NCBI GenBank assembly: GCA_023138735.1
Contig: JAGLOY010000011.1
Coordinates: forward strand, 40-64,039
From: Candidatus Aegiribacteria sp.
GTDB lineage: Bacteria; Fermentibacterota; Fermentibacteria; Fermentibacterales; JCC-6
Length of the DNA: 64,000 nucleotides
Direction of reading: 5' to 3'
Positions 1 through 8,818 of the stretch are shown here, piece after piece. The notes under the pieces were generated by a model, which was given only the letters and a program-made list of their open reading frames with translations, had not been told where the DNA came from and searched no databases. Made by a program: the position numbers and the translations under genes. Position 1 is the stretch's first letter. The number at the start of each line of letters is the position of its first letter.

Positions 1-56
1 GCAACACAATTAAGACCTTTGAGTAAGTCAGAATGGTTAACAAGAAGTTTAATCAT
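1..56 (-). CDS. dnaN: DNA polymerase III beta sliding clamp, N-terminal 18 codons only (gene runs off the left edge)
   Basis: The reverse-strand ATG is at 54-56, preceded by GGAGG (plus-strand CCTCC at 64-68, 7-nt spacer). The translation is MIKLLVNHSDLLKGLNCV. It sits directly downstream of dnaA, the canonical dnaA-dnaN order. Only 18 aa are visible, so the identity rests mostly on synteny. Confidence 0.5.
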   Translation of the reverse strand, partial: MIKLLVNHSDLLKGLNCV

Positions 57-283
57 GGGATATCCTCCAGCTTTATGAATACAGTAATTTTAGAACAATA
101 ATGATAGTTATTATACATGTGGATATGTGGACATGTCACATGCGGAAAAGATACAGGCGAATTGTTCCTGTGGAAGAAATGTTGATAACATTATAGTGAA
201 AGTTGACTTATCCACAGAAGAAAGTTTTGAACACTCGTTATTAGGTTGTTTTACACGGTTCGAAAAGTTGTCGGACGACGTTT
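57..283. other. Candidate oriC (dnaA-dnaN intergenic region): DnaA-box cluster plus AT-rich unwinding stretch
   Basis: A perfect TTATCCACA box lies at 208-216. Reverse-orientation boxes are TGTGGATAT at 118-126 (rc ATATCCACA), TGTGGACAT at 126-134, TGTGGAAGA at 169-177 and TGTTGATAA at 180-188 (rc TTATCAACA). A strongly AT-rich run spans about 74-117 (tatgaatacagtaattttagaacaataatgatagttattatacat). Confidence 0.65.
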
Positions 284-1642
284 TCAGATTGAAACAAGCT
301 TACGTTTGATCTCCTCTATCTTTCTTTCAAGTTCAGGATCTTTAGCTTTGAGTTCCTTTATTCTGTCTATTGAATTCAGGACAGTGGAGTGATCTCTTCC
401 AGAGAAATAAGAACCTATCTCAGCGAGAGACATGGATGTAAGTTCACGAATGAGTGACATGGACACCTGTCTTGGTATTAGAACACTATGTTTCCTCTGT
501 TTTCCCTTAAGCTGGCTGGGAGAGACATCAAAACTCTCCGCAACGGTTGAAGCGATATTACCAGCTGTCAGCCTTCTTGTTATTGTGCCGAGAGAAGAGC
601 GTATTTCCTTCTGAGCTAGATCCATGTCTATTCTGCACCCCGTAAGTCTGGACATTGCTGCCAGTCTGTGAATTACACCGGAAAGCTGCCTTACATTCTT
701 CCTGATGGAAGATGCTATAAAATCAAGTACATCCAGGCTTACTTCAAGTTCCTCATCTCTTACAAGAAGCTGGAGTATAGCAAGACGTGTTTCGTATTCG
801 GGCGGTTTAATATCAGCAACAAGTCCGGACTGGAAACGGCTGATAAGTCGTTCAGGAAGATCGGGAAGTTCATGTGGCGGTCTGTCTGATGTAAGAACAA
901 TCTGTTTTCCCTGCTGATGGAGTTCATTGAAACGATGGAAGAACGCTTCCTGTGTTTCAACCTTACCTTTGAGGAACTGTATGTCGTCCATCAGAAAATA
1001 GTCAATACCATGGAAAAGCTTCCGGAACAAAGTATAGTCATTGAGAAGAACACATTTGATAAATGTTTCTACAAGGAGCTCAGTTGAAATATATCTGTAA
1101 GTTCTCTTTGAACCTTCCTGTCTGAGGTGATGTGCTATAGCCTGGATAAGGTGAGTTTTACCAAGGCCGACTCCTCCATAGATGAATAGAGGGTTGTAAT
1201 TTGTAGATCCGATATCGCGACTGACGGCAAGAGCTCCCGCGTGGGCCAGTTGATTACTCGGACCTACAACGAAATGCTCGAATGTATAGTTTGAACGAAG
1301 GAAGCTGTAGTCGGAGGAGGGGGTCTCTCTGTTGGGAGTTTGCTTTTCTGTGCTCGACGGACCTGGTTCGGCAGGATCTCCAATGAACTGAAGAGCGAGT
1401 TCGTTCCTCCGGGAAATAGTTCGGATAATCTCTTCCAGCATATCTCCGAAGCGGGACTTGGCGTGTCCTGCGACAAAAGAATTACGGAACCTTATAACAA
1501 GTCTTGTCCCATTGATGTCTTCATAGGTTGAATTCTTTAACCATGCTTCGAATTCGGTGGATTCAAGTCTACTTTCTGCCTCCAGCAGACAACGGTTCCA
1601 TAAGTCTGTGGGATTGAAATTATCCATAAGTGTTCCAATCAA
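284..1642 (-). CDS. dnaA: Chromosomal replication initiator protein DnaA
   Basis: The 452-aa ORF has an AAA+ Walker A (GGVGLGKTHL), a DDIQFL Walker B and a C-terminal DnaA-box binding helix-turn-helix region (SLAEIGSYFSGRDHSTVLNSIDRI). Confidence 0.97.
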   Translation of the reverse strand: MIGTLMDNFNPTDLWNRCLLEAESRLESTEFEAWLKNSTYEDINGTRLVIRFRNSFVAGHAKSRFGDMLEEIIRTISRRNELALQFIGDPAEPGPSSTEKQTPNRETPSSDYSFLRSNYTFEHFVVGPSNQLAHAGALAVSRDIGSTNYNPLFIYGGVGLGKTHLIQAIAHHLRQEGSKRTYRYISTELLVETFIKCVLLNDYTLFRKLFHGIDYFLMDDIQFLKGKVETQEAFFHRFNELHQQGKQIVLTSDRPPHELPDLPERLISRFQSGLVADIKPPEYETRLAILQLLVRDEELEVSLDVLDFIASSIRKNVRQLSGVIHRLAAMSRLTGCRIDMDLAQKEIRSSLGTITRRLTAGNIASTVAESFDVSPSQLKGKQRKHSVLIPRQVSMSLIRELTSMSLAEIGSYFSGRDHSTVLNSIDRIKELKAKDPELERKIEEIKRKLVSI

Positions 1643-1949
1643 TGACTTCAGCGTAAAGTAATAGCTTGCAGTAAAAAACGATGTTTATCAACAGGGATAT
1701 CAACAATCAATATATATAGTAACTTAATGAAAGATAATAATTTAACAAAAAACAGTGCGTCAAACGAATACTTACTGTTGAAAACCTTTCGGCACGTACA
1801 GAGTGTTGTCCCAAATACTTGACATAAATGATTATATTGGCTAACTTCCACAATCGTTGACTCCTGAGATAGATATTTACCTGATCGTTGAAACTGATGC
1901 AGTAATCCCACCGTCGTCAAGGTGGGGATTCAGGAAAGAGTGATGATTA
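1643..1949. promoter_or_regulatory. Divergent dnaA / rpmH-rnpA promoter region with DnaA-box-like sites
   Basis: This is a 307-bp AT-rich intergenic region. TTATCAACA lies at 1685-1693 and ATATCAACA at 1697-1705, each one mismatch from the consensus. It could serve dnaA autoregulation or be a second oriC half. Confidence 0.45.
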
Positions 1950-2416
1950 ATGAAAAGAACCTTTCAGCCAAGCAACCTGTCAAAGGCAAGAAGACATGGA
2001 TTCCGCAAAAGAATGTCGACAAAGAGCGGCAGAAGAACAATCAACGCCAGAAGGAGAAAAGGAAGAAAGAAATTGATTCCCTGATACGGAAAGAGAAAAC
2101 CCTGAAAAAAGGTTACCAGTTCAGAAAAGTTTTTAGAAAAGGTGTAGCTTTCAGGGGTGTATCATTCAGGGCCGTATATATTAAGAATACCCTGGGCAAT
2201 ATACGTCTGGGGTTTTCACTTTCCGCAAAAAGTGGAAACGCTGTGAAAAGAAACCTTATGAGAAGAAGGATCAAGGGACTTGCGGAACAGAAATGTAAAA
2301 GGCTCGGAGCGGATATAGTTATATTACCGGCAGGAAAGCTGCGGGATGCAAAGTGGACGGATATAAAATTGGATTTTGAGAAGATGGTGTCAACAATAGA
2401 AAACGATACCGACTGA
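1943..2416 (+). CDS. rnpA: Ribonuclease P protein component; the reading frame fully overlaps rpmH
   Basis: The RnpA-like core is [27 protein letters not shown]...[14 protein letters not shown]. The only canonical in-frame starts upstream of the core are ATG 1943, GTG 1940 and GTG 1922. From 1946 up to and including the LKKGYQF motif (about 2108-2128) there is no ATG, GTG or TTG, only CTG 2081, ATT 2072 and ATA 2084. The identity is firm; the start is uncertain. Confidence 0.8.
   Translation: MINEKNLSAKQPVKGKKTWIPQKNVDKERQKNNQRQKEKRKKEIDSLIRKEKTLKKGYQFRKVFRKGVAFRGVSFRAVYIKNTLGNIRLGFSLSAKSGNAVKRNLMRRRIKGLAEQKCKRLGADIVILPAGKLRDAKWTDIKLDFEKMVSTIENDTD
1950..2084 (+). CDS. rpmH: 50S ribosomal protein L34
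   Basis: Not in the ORF track because it is shorter than 60 aa. The hand translation is [44 protein letters not shown], a near-canonical L34 sequence. TGA stop at 2082-2084. Confidence 0.93.
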   Translation: MKRTFQPSNLSKARRHGFRKRMSTKSGRRTINARRRKGRKKLIP

Positions 2417-2429
2417 AGAGAAAACATCC

Positions 2430-2693
2430 ATGAGAGAGAATGACTGCAGAATAAAAAAAGCGGCAGAGTTTTTACTGATATGTACAATCAAGGGATACAG
2501 GAGATTCATATCACCAGTGTTTCCATCGAGCTGCATATACAGCCCGACATGCAGTGTTTATGCTGAAACAGCTATCAGAAGGTACGGAGTCATCAGGGGA
2601 TTGAGGTTGGCGACATTGCGCCTGTTCCGATGCCATCCGTTCAGAAAAGGTGGATACGATCCTGTTCCGGACAAATGGGAGAAACGTAAATGA
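2430..2693 (+). CDS. yidD: Membrane protein insertion efficiency factor YidD
   Basis: The 87-aa ORF carries YRRFISPVFPSSCIYSPTCSVYAETAI...GGYDPVP, the YidD signature. Its stop overlaps the yidC start (ATGA). Confidence 0.92.
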   Translation: MRENDCRIKKAAEFLLICTIKGYRRFISPVFPSSCIYSPTCSVYAETAIRRYGVIRGLRLATLRLFRCHPFRKGGYDPVPDKWEKRK

Positions 2694-4279
2694 GTGATCA
2701 AAAGAGGCTCCTTATGGCTGCCGTATTAATGGCAGCTGTGCTGTTTATCAGCTGGCAGTTCATGGGGAAATCAGGAACACCCGAAAGCTCGCAGATATCG
2801 CAGCAGACAACCGACTATGTACAGCAGGAAGAACCGACGATGCTTGATGATTCCGTATCTGCTGGCAAGCAACACATTGAAATAATTCCTAATAAAGCAA
2901 ATAATGAAGATATAGAAACCGTATTACCTGATGAAAGAGTAATTAAGGTAATAATATTCGACGGCGATAATATCATTGTGGAAGCAGATATATCAACATT
3001 CGGCGGGACTGTAGTAGGGTGGAAACTACCTCAATACGAGGATATGCCAGGTGCGGAAAGCCATGGCAGCATCAATTTTGATGGAAACAGCTGGACTGCA
3101 ACTAGTGCTTATTATGAAACATTATCGGAAGATACAATCATTGTCAGTGAAAACCCGCAAACGCTTGTATTGATTGACCCGTCCGGCACGAGTGAAATTC
3201 AATATACATTCACACCCGGTCAGTACGGTTTTCTTTACGAAACCGAGGGGCTTACTGAAATAGCAGTACTGAACGCTGGAATACTCCCTGTAAGTGAAAT
3301 GAATTCCAACCTCTCAAGATATTTCAAAGCACAGTGGAACGCGGAGAAGGTTAAGAGTAGAGGTTCGAATAGTATTACAACTGATGATCAGGTAGGTAAC
3401 GTAGAGTGGATAGCTGCAAGATCGCAGTACTTCGCGATTATCATGCTGCCGCAGTCCTTTGATAGAGCATACGGATATCTTTACGCATCAGCAGAAGACG
3501 AATCGCCGTCAATAGGATTACAGGATAACAGAATATACGTTTATGCGGGACCCCTTGATTACGGAAGACTGAGGTCACTGGGCAGAGACACGAGCCGACT
3601 GGTTGATTTCGGATGGCCGATAATAAGGGATATAGGAAGACTGCTTTTCTGGTTCTGTACATCAGTACTGTCATTCGTCGGCAACTGGGGAATCAAGATC
3701 ATACTGCTGGCAATAGTGCTGAAACTTGTTCTCATGCCGCTTACTACGAAGAGTTTCAAATCGATGGCAATGCTTAAACAGGTACAACCTAAAATGAAGG
3801 AACTGCAGGAGAAGTATAAGAGCGACCCGAAGGCTCTGCAGAGCGCAATGCAGAAACTGTACCGGGAGGAGGGCGTGAACCCTCTGGGAGGGTGCCTTCC
3901 GCTTATTATGCAGATGCCTGTCTTCTTTGCTCTGTACCGTGTTCTTGCCAATTCTGTACAGCTGCGGGGAGCACCATTCATTCTATGGATTCAGGATCTG
4001 TCAAAACCGGAAATACTGATTCCATTCCAGTCTCCGATATTGGGCCTTCACGGCGTCGGCATACTTGCTCTTCTTATGGGAATAGCGATGTTCCTTCAGC
4101 AGAAGATGACCATGACCGATCAGAACCAGAAGGGTATGATGTACATGATGCCTATATTCATGACATTCTTGTTCATGAGGTTCCCCGCAGGCCTTACCAT
4201 GTACTGGTTCAGCAACAGCCTGCTGACAATATGGCAGCAGCAGCTCATCAAGAAAAAGCTTGAGGCCGGGCAGAACTGA
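2690..4279 (+). CDS. yidC: Membrane protein insertase YidC (long form with a large periplasmic P1 domain)
   Basis: The 529-aa ORF has an N-terminal TM segment and a periplasmic domain of about 300 aa. The conserved C-terminal core reads KSMAMLKQVQPKMKELQEKYK...GVNPLGGCLPLIMQMPVFFALY. Confidence 0.95.
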   Translation: MSDQKRLLMAAVLMAAVLFISWQFMGKSGTPESSQISQQTTDYVQQEEPTMLDDSVSAGKQHIEIIPNKANNEDIETVLPDERVIKVIIFDGDNIIVEADISTFGGTVVGWKLPQYEDMPGAESHGSINFDGNSWTATSAYYETLSEDTIIVSENPQTLVLIDPSGTSEIQYTFTPGQYGFLYETEGLTEIAVLNAGILPVSEMNSNLSRYFKAQWNAEKVKSRGSNSITTDDQVGNVEWIAARSQYFAIIMLPQSFDRAYGYLYASAEDESPSIGLQDNRIYVYAGPLDYGRLRSLGRDTSRLVDFGWPIIRDIGRLLFWFCTSVLSFVGNWGIKIILLAIVLKLVLMPLTTKSFKSMAMLKQVQPKMKELQEKYKSDPKALQSAMQKLYREEGVNPLGGCLPLIMQMPVFFALYRVLANSVQLRGAPFILWIQDLSKPEILIPFQSPILGLHGVGILALLMGIAMFLQQKMTMTDQNQKGMMYMMPIFMTFLFMRFPAGLTMYWFSNSLLTIWQQQLIKKKLEAGQN

Positions 4280-4318
4280 CGCTATCCTTGTAGTGCTTTT
4301 TTCATGGAAGTGTAGCAA

Positions 4319-5578
4319 GTGAATACAAAATCACCGGAGATCATCTGTGCAGTTGCGACACCTGAGGGAACATCCGCGCTCTCGGTAATAAGAGTCAGCG
4401 GAAGCGGATCCTTTGAACTCCTTGAAAATATAATGTCCCTTGAAAAGAACCGGCTGGCGGGAATGCGCAGAAAGGTCGGGAAAATAATTGAGGAGGGCAG
4501 AATCGTTGACGAGGTTGTTGCTGTATCGTGGCCGGAAGGACGAAGTTTTACGGGTGAGGAAATGGTTGAAATCATCTGTCACGGAATACCGCACTCCGTA
4601 AGAGAAATTATGGAGATACTGATCAGGAACGGAGCAAGGAGAGCCGAGCCGGGTGAATTTGCAAGAAGGGCATTTGGTAATGGAAGGTTGAATGCCGTTC
4701 AGATCATAGCTCTTGCCGCTCTGTGGGACACGGATAGAGGGTGGAAAGCCTTCGACAGCGTAACAGAGGAGTGCTGTAGAAAACTGCTGAGCGGAATAGA
4801 AAGCACCAGGGAAACTGTAGAGGGGATAATTGAATTCGGTGAAACACACCTTGACGGAAATGACAAGAGAGTCAGCAGTGTATTCGGTGATCTGATGGAA
4901 AGAGCACAGGATTTTATTAGAGAAGCTGCATCAATTGAAAAGAGCAGCAGAGTAATGATAATGGGTCCCGTCAATTCTGGAAAATCCACGCTTTTCAACT
5001 TGCTGACCGGAAAGGGAAGGGCTCTCGTCTCCGGTGAGCCGGGCACCACACGCGATGGTTCAACCTGTTTTATGGAAGTAAGCGGCAGGAAAATGCAGCT
5101 TTGCGATACAGCGGGAACAGACGGCCTTGGATTGGACAGGAGCGCGTCAGAAGCGGTTATCGATGGACTTGATGGTACTGAGAGAGTGATCTGGATGTCA
5201 GTTGGCGGAAAGACACCGCCTGGCGACGAGATAAAGGAAAAGGCAGGAGAGATAATAGAGATAGCAGCGAAGAGCGATCTGATCACCGAAAAAGAAACAG
5301 AAGGCGTACTGTGCGTATCCTCAGTCTCCGGAGAGGGTCTGGAGGAACTGAAATTGATACTGTCAAGAATCCCCGGGAGCATGTCTCTGGCAGGGGCCGC
5401 CGGGCGAATTTTTGAAAGCATAAAAGAGTCGTGCAGTTTTATCTCAAACGGAGAGTATGACCTGGCTGCAGAACATCTTAGCGAAGCCGAGATTGAAGCA
5501 AGAAGAATTATCGGCAAGGGAGAGAATATACGGTTGAGCGTAGAAAGAGCTCTCTCTGGTATGTGTGTTGGAAAATGA
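4319..5578 (+). CDS. mnmE: tRNA modification GTPase MnmE
   Basis: GTG start. G domain motifs GPVNSGKSTLFNLL and DTAG are present, and the C-terminus ends CVGK (compare the CIGK motif). Position is syntenic. At 419 aa it is somewhat short for the family. Confidence 0.9.
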   Translation: MNTKSPEIICAVATPEGTSALSVIRVSGSGSFELLENIMSLEKNRLAGMRRKVGKIIEEGRIVDEVVAVSWPEGRSFTGEEMVEIICHGIPHSVREIMEILIRNGARRAEPGEFARRAFGNGRLNAVQIIALAALWDTDRGWKAFDSVTEECCRKLLSGIESTRETVEGIIEFGETHLDGNDKRVSSVFGDLMERAQDFIREAASIEKSSRVMIMGPVNSGKSTLFNLLTGKGRALVSGEPGTTRDGSTCFMEVSGRKMQLCDTAGTDGLGLDRSASEAVIDGLDGTERVIWMSVGGKTPPGDEIKEKAGEIIEIAAKSDLITEKETEGVLCVSSVSGEGLEELKLILSRIPGSMSLAGAAGRIFESIKESCSFISNGEYDLAAEHLSEAEIEARRIIGKGENIRLSVERALSGMCVGK

Positions 5579-7380
5579 TGAACACGTGGGATGTAATAGT
5601 TGTCGGCGGCGGGCATGCCGGAATAGAGGCTGCGCTTGCAGCAACTCGACTCGGCTGCAGGGTAGTTCTGATATCAGCGAAGACGAGCCGTATTGGCGAG
5701 ATGTCATGCAATCCTGCAATAGGAGGAATTGCGAAAGGGACAATTGTACGCGAAATAGACGCGCTTGATGGTTCAATGGCACGGTCAGCAGATGCTACAA
5801 CACTGCATTTTCGAATGCTTAATAGGAGAAAAGGTCCGGCCGTTTGGGGACCAAGGGTTCAGTCGGATGCCGCGGAGTACGCTAGAGCACAGCAGTTGTA
5901 CATCAAATCCAGCGGAATAGAAATCATTGAAGACGAAGTAACAGCTCTCGATGGAGTAACGGATAGAGTAACAGGAGTAAAGTGCAGAAAAAGCGGAAGC
6001 ATCCGAGGGAAAACGGTGGTTCTCGCTGCGGGTACCTTCCTCGGAGGAAGGCTCTTCAGGGGAGAAGAACTATGGAAGGGCGGAAGAATAGGAGACCTGT
6101 CTGCTGAGGCGCTGGAGAAGGATCTTACAGAAAGAATGTTCCACGTGGAACGATTTAAAACAGGTACACCCGCCCGTATCGTTCGAAGCACGGTGAATAC
6201 TGCTGAACTGGAGGTGCAGCGGTCAGAACTTACGAAATTTACTTTCAGCTTCGGGAAATACAAGCCCAATGACAAAGAAGAGGTGTGCTATTTAACGTAC
6301 ACCGATAAAAATACAATGAATATTGCAAAGGACTTCCTTCATCTTTCCCCGTTGATGGCTGGAAGGATCGATGGAACCGGGCCAAGATACTGCCCAAGCT
6401 TCGAGGATAAGGTAGTCAAATTCCCTGATAGACAGAGACACAAGATCTACGTTGAGCCGATGGGGTACGGTTCAAGAGATTTTTACCTGAACGGACTTTC
6501 CACCAGCCTTCCAAGGGAAGCACAGCTAAAAATGGTGAGATCGCTTCCCGGGTTCGAGAAGGCAGAGATATCGGATTACGGCTATGCGGTTGAGTACTCT
6601 TACTTTCATTTCTCTGAAATTGATGAAACACTGAGGCTCCGAAGAACTGAAAACGTGTTTGCTGCTGGACAGATATGCGGAACATCCGGATATGAAGAAG
6701 CAGCTGGTCTGGGTTTGATTGCCGGCGCAAATGCCGGCAGGCTGGCAAAGAGCCTTGAGCCGCTCATAATGTCCAGAATGGATTCATATATCGGAGTAAT
6801 GATAGACGATATAGTAAGCAAAGGAGCAGACGAGCCATACAGAATGTTTTCATCAAGAGCTGAGAACAGGCTGTATTTACGACAGGATAATGCCGATAGA
6901 AGGCTTTATAGATCCGCAGACCGTTTCGGGATACTGTCAGAACAGAAGAGGGAACTTCTGACCGGCAACCTGAAGGAAGCGGATACTATATGGAATGTCC
7001 TCGAAGGCGAGACGGTCGACGGGACGCGCTTATCCAAGTGGTGTAGAAGACCCGGGGTCAGCGTCGAAGATGTTGTTACCAGGTCACGTAATCTTGTCAA
7101 CAGGGATGAGAGGGTTCTGGCGTCAGTGATTCTTGACGAAAAATACAGAGGGTACATTGAAAGAAACCTCAGAAGGCATGAATCACGTAGAGATCTGGAG
7201 AAAATCAGCCTCAGAAGGATAAGTTCTTACATGGAGATAGATGAAATATGCTGGGAGGCAAGGGAAGTTCTTGAAAGGGAAAGGCCGGAAACACTGGCGC
7301 GTGCGGAGAGAATACCGGGAATAAGACCCACAGACCTGAATGGTCTTCTGATATATCTGGGCAGGCAGCGTTCCACGTGA
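5575..7380 (+). CDS. mnmG: tRNA uridine 5-carboxymethylaminomethyl modification enzyme MnmG (GidA)
   Basis: An FAD fold motif (DVIVVGGGHAGIEAALA) sits at the N-terminus. The start is taken at the ATG overlapping the mnmE stop (ATGA at 5575-5578); the tracked ORF begins at 5563. Confidence 0.95.
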   Translation: MMNTWDVIVVGGGHAGIEAALAATRLGCRVVLISAKTSRIGEMSCNPAIGGIAKGTIVREIDALDGSMARSADATTLHFRMLNRRKGPAVWGPRVQSDAAEYARAQQLYIKSSGIEIIEDEVTALDGVTDRVTGVKCRKSGSIRGKTVVLAAGTFLGGRLFRGEELWKGGRIGDLSAEALEKDLTERMFHVERFKTGTPARIVRSTVNTAELEVQRSELTKFTFSFGKYKPNDKEEVCYLTYTDKNTMNIAKDFLHLSPLMAGRIDGTGPRYCPSFEDKVVKFPDRQRHKIYVEPMGYGSRDFYLNGLSTSLPREAQLKMVRSLPGFEKAEISDYGYAVEYSYFHFSEIDETLRLRRTENVFAAGQICGTSGYEEAAGLGLIAGANAGRLAKSLEPLIMSRMDSYIGVMIDDIVSKGADEPYRMFSSRAENRLYLRQDNADRRLYRSADRFGILSEQKRELLTGNLKEADTIWNVLEGETVDGTRLSKWCRRPGVSVEDVVTRSRNLVNRDERVLASVILDEKYRGYIERNLRRHESRRDLEKISLRRISSYMEIDEICWEAREVLERERPETLARAERIPGIRPTDLNGLLIYLGRQRST

Positions 7381-7384
7381 AACA
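7369..7384. promoter_or_regulatory. parS centromere-like site
   Basis: CGTTCCACGTGAAACA matches 15 of 16 positions of the TGTTNCACGTGAAACA consensus, counting N as free. It spans the mnmG stop / rsmG start and lies 0.7 kb upstream of parAB. Confidence 0.7.
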
Positions 7385-7991
7385 TTTCCCTCTTTCATTT
7401 CCACCGTTGAGCGCGATGGTCGAGGATATAAACGAACTCAGGGTTAGTGTTGATGAAAGACAGCTTGAGCTTTTTGGACAGTTTGCGGGGATTCTTCTTG
7501 ATAGATCAGCCAGAACAAACCTGATAGGGCCCGGAGAAAGGGTCAGGTTGTGGAGAAGACACTTCCTTGAGTCAATTCAGTATGCTCTACTGCTTGACCG
7601 GTACAGGACAGTGGTTGATATCGGAAGCGGTAACGGTTTTCCCGGAATGATACTTGCGATTATGGGGTTCCGCATGATACTTCTTGAACCAAGGAGAAAA
7701 AGGCATCTGTTCCTTGGCTTCGCGGCATCGGAACTTGGTCTTTCAAATTGCACAACAGTCCCGCTGAAGCTTGAGAATTTCGATCCGGAATACGGGGTGA
7801 AGCAATTCGTGGCAAGGGCCGTAGCCCCGCCTGCCTCGCTACTCGCGAGAATAGGTACAGTTGCCGGAAAAGGTTCTTCGCTCGTGTACAGACAGCCTGA
7901 GATATTGGAGAATGAGGAATTTGAAAGTTACATTGAACTCAACTGCCCTCCGCTTGACCGTAGTGGATTTCTGGTGCAGTATCGAGTCTGA
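7377..7991 (+). CDS. rsmG: 16S rRNA (guanine527-N7)-methyltransferase RsmG (GidB)
   Basis: The 204-aa ORF has a SAM-binding motif (VVDIGSGNGFPGMILAI). The GTG start overlaps the mnmG stop (GTGA). Position is syntenic. Confidence 0.9.
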   Translation: MKHFPLSFPPLSAMVEDINELRVSVDERQLELFGQFAGILLDRSARTNLIGPGERVRLWRRHFLESIQYALLLDRYRTVVDIGSGNGFPGMILAIMGFRMILLEPRRKRHLFLGFAASELGLSNCTTVPLKLENFDPEYGVKQFVARAVAPPASLLARIGTVAGKGSSLVYRQPEILENEEFESYIELNCPPLDRSGFLVQYRV

Positions 7992-8056
7992 TTCGAATTA
8001 CAGCCCTTATTGTATATGCAACTTCCTTCGATAAGATAACTCAGTAAAGGAATGTC

Positions 8057-8818
8057 ATGACAGCATCAAGGATAATAGCAGTTGCGAACCAGAAGGGCGG
8101 TGTTGGAAAAACAACTACTGTCATCAACCTCGGCGCAAGCCTTGCTATGAACGACTGCGATGTTCTTCTGATAGACTTTGACCCACAGGTGAACGCAACA
8201 TCAGGATTGGGGATTCGCCAAACTTCAGAAATGAATATCAGCTCTCTGATTCTCGGGAAAAACAAACTTGAGGACGTTATTCAACCCACTGGAGTAGAGG
8301 GACTTATGATTATTCCAGGATCCAGAAGCCTTGCCGGTCTGGAGATTGAGCTCGCGGGAGCTGAATACAGGGAATATTTACTTAAGGAAGCTCTTGAAGA
8401 AAATACCGGCATGTTTGATTACGTACTGATCGATTGCCCCCCGTCATTGGGTTTACTGACCATCAACGCCCTGGTTGCGTCTAATGAAGTTCTTGTTACG
8501 CTGCAAAGTGAATACTACGCCCTGGAAGGTCTTTCGCACCTGATGGATACGGTGAGGAATATAAGTCAGCTCTGGAATCCCGGATTGAAGATAAACGGGG
8601 TTGTTCTTACGATGTTCGATAGAAGGCTTATCCTCAGCCGCGAAGTTGAGGAGGAAGTAAGAGAATATATGGGGTCAACACTTTTCGAAACACACATTCC
8701 AAGGAACGTAAAGCTCAGCGAAGCACCGAGTTATGGTATTCCCGCGCTTTTGTACGACGCCAATTCGAAGGGAGCATTAAGTTATTTTGATCTGGCCAGG
8801 GAGGTGATGAACAGATGA
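8057..8818 (+). CDS. parA: Chromosome partitioning ATPase ParA/Soj
   Basis: It has the deviant Walker A (NQKGGVGKTTT) and typical length (253 aa). It overlaps parB. Confidence 0.95.
   Translation: MTASRIIAVANQKGGVGKTTTVINLGASLAMNDCDVLLIDFDPQVNATSGLGIRQTSEMNISSLILGKNKLEDVIQPTGVEGLMIIPGSRSLAGLEIELAGAEYREYLLKEALEENTGMFDYVLIDCPPSLGLLTINALVASNEVLVTLQSEYYALEGLSHLMDTVRNISQLWNPGLKINGVVLTMFDRRLILSREVEEEVREYMGSTLFETHIPRNVKLSEAPSYGIPALLYDANSKGALSYFDLAREVMNR

Noticed and set aside
127-309. A 60-aa ORF on the plus strand between dnaN and dnaA.
   Set aside because: It lies across the DnaA-box/AT-rich intergenic region and runs into the dnaA 3' end. It has no SD and its composition is not protein-like. 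It is best explained as a chance ORF in oriC.
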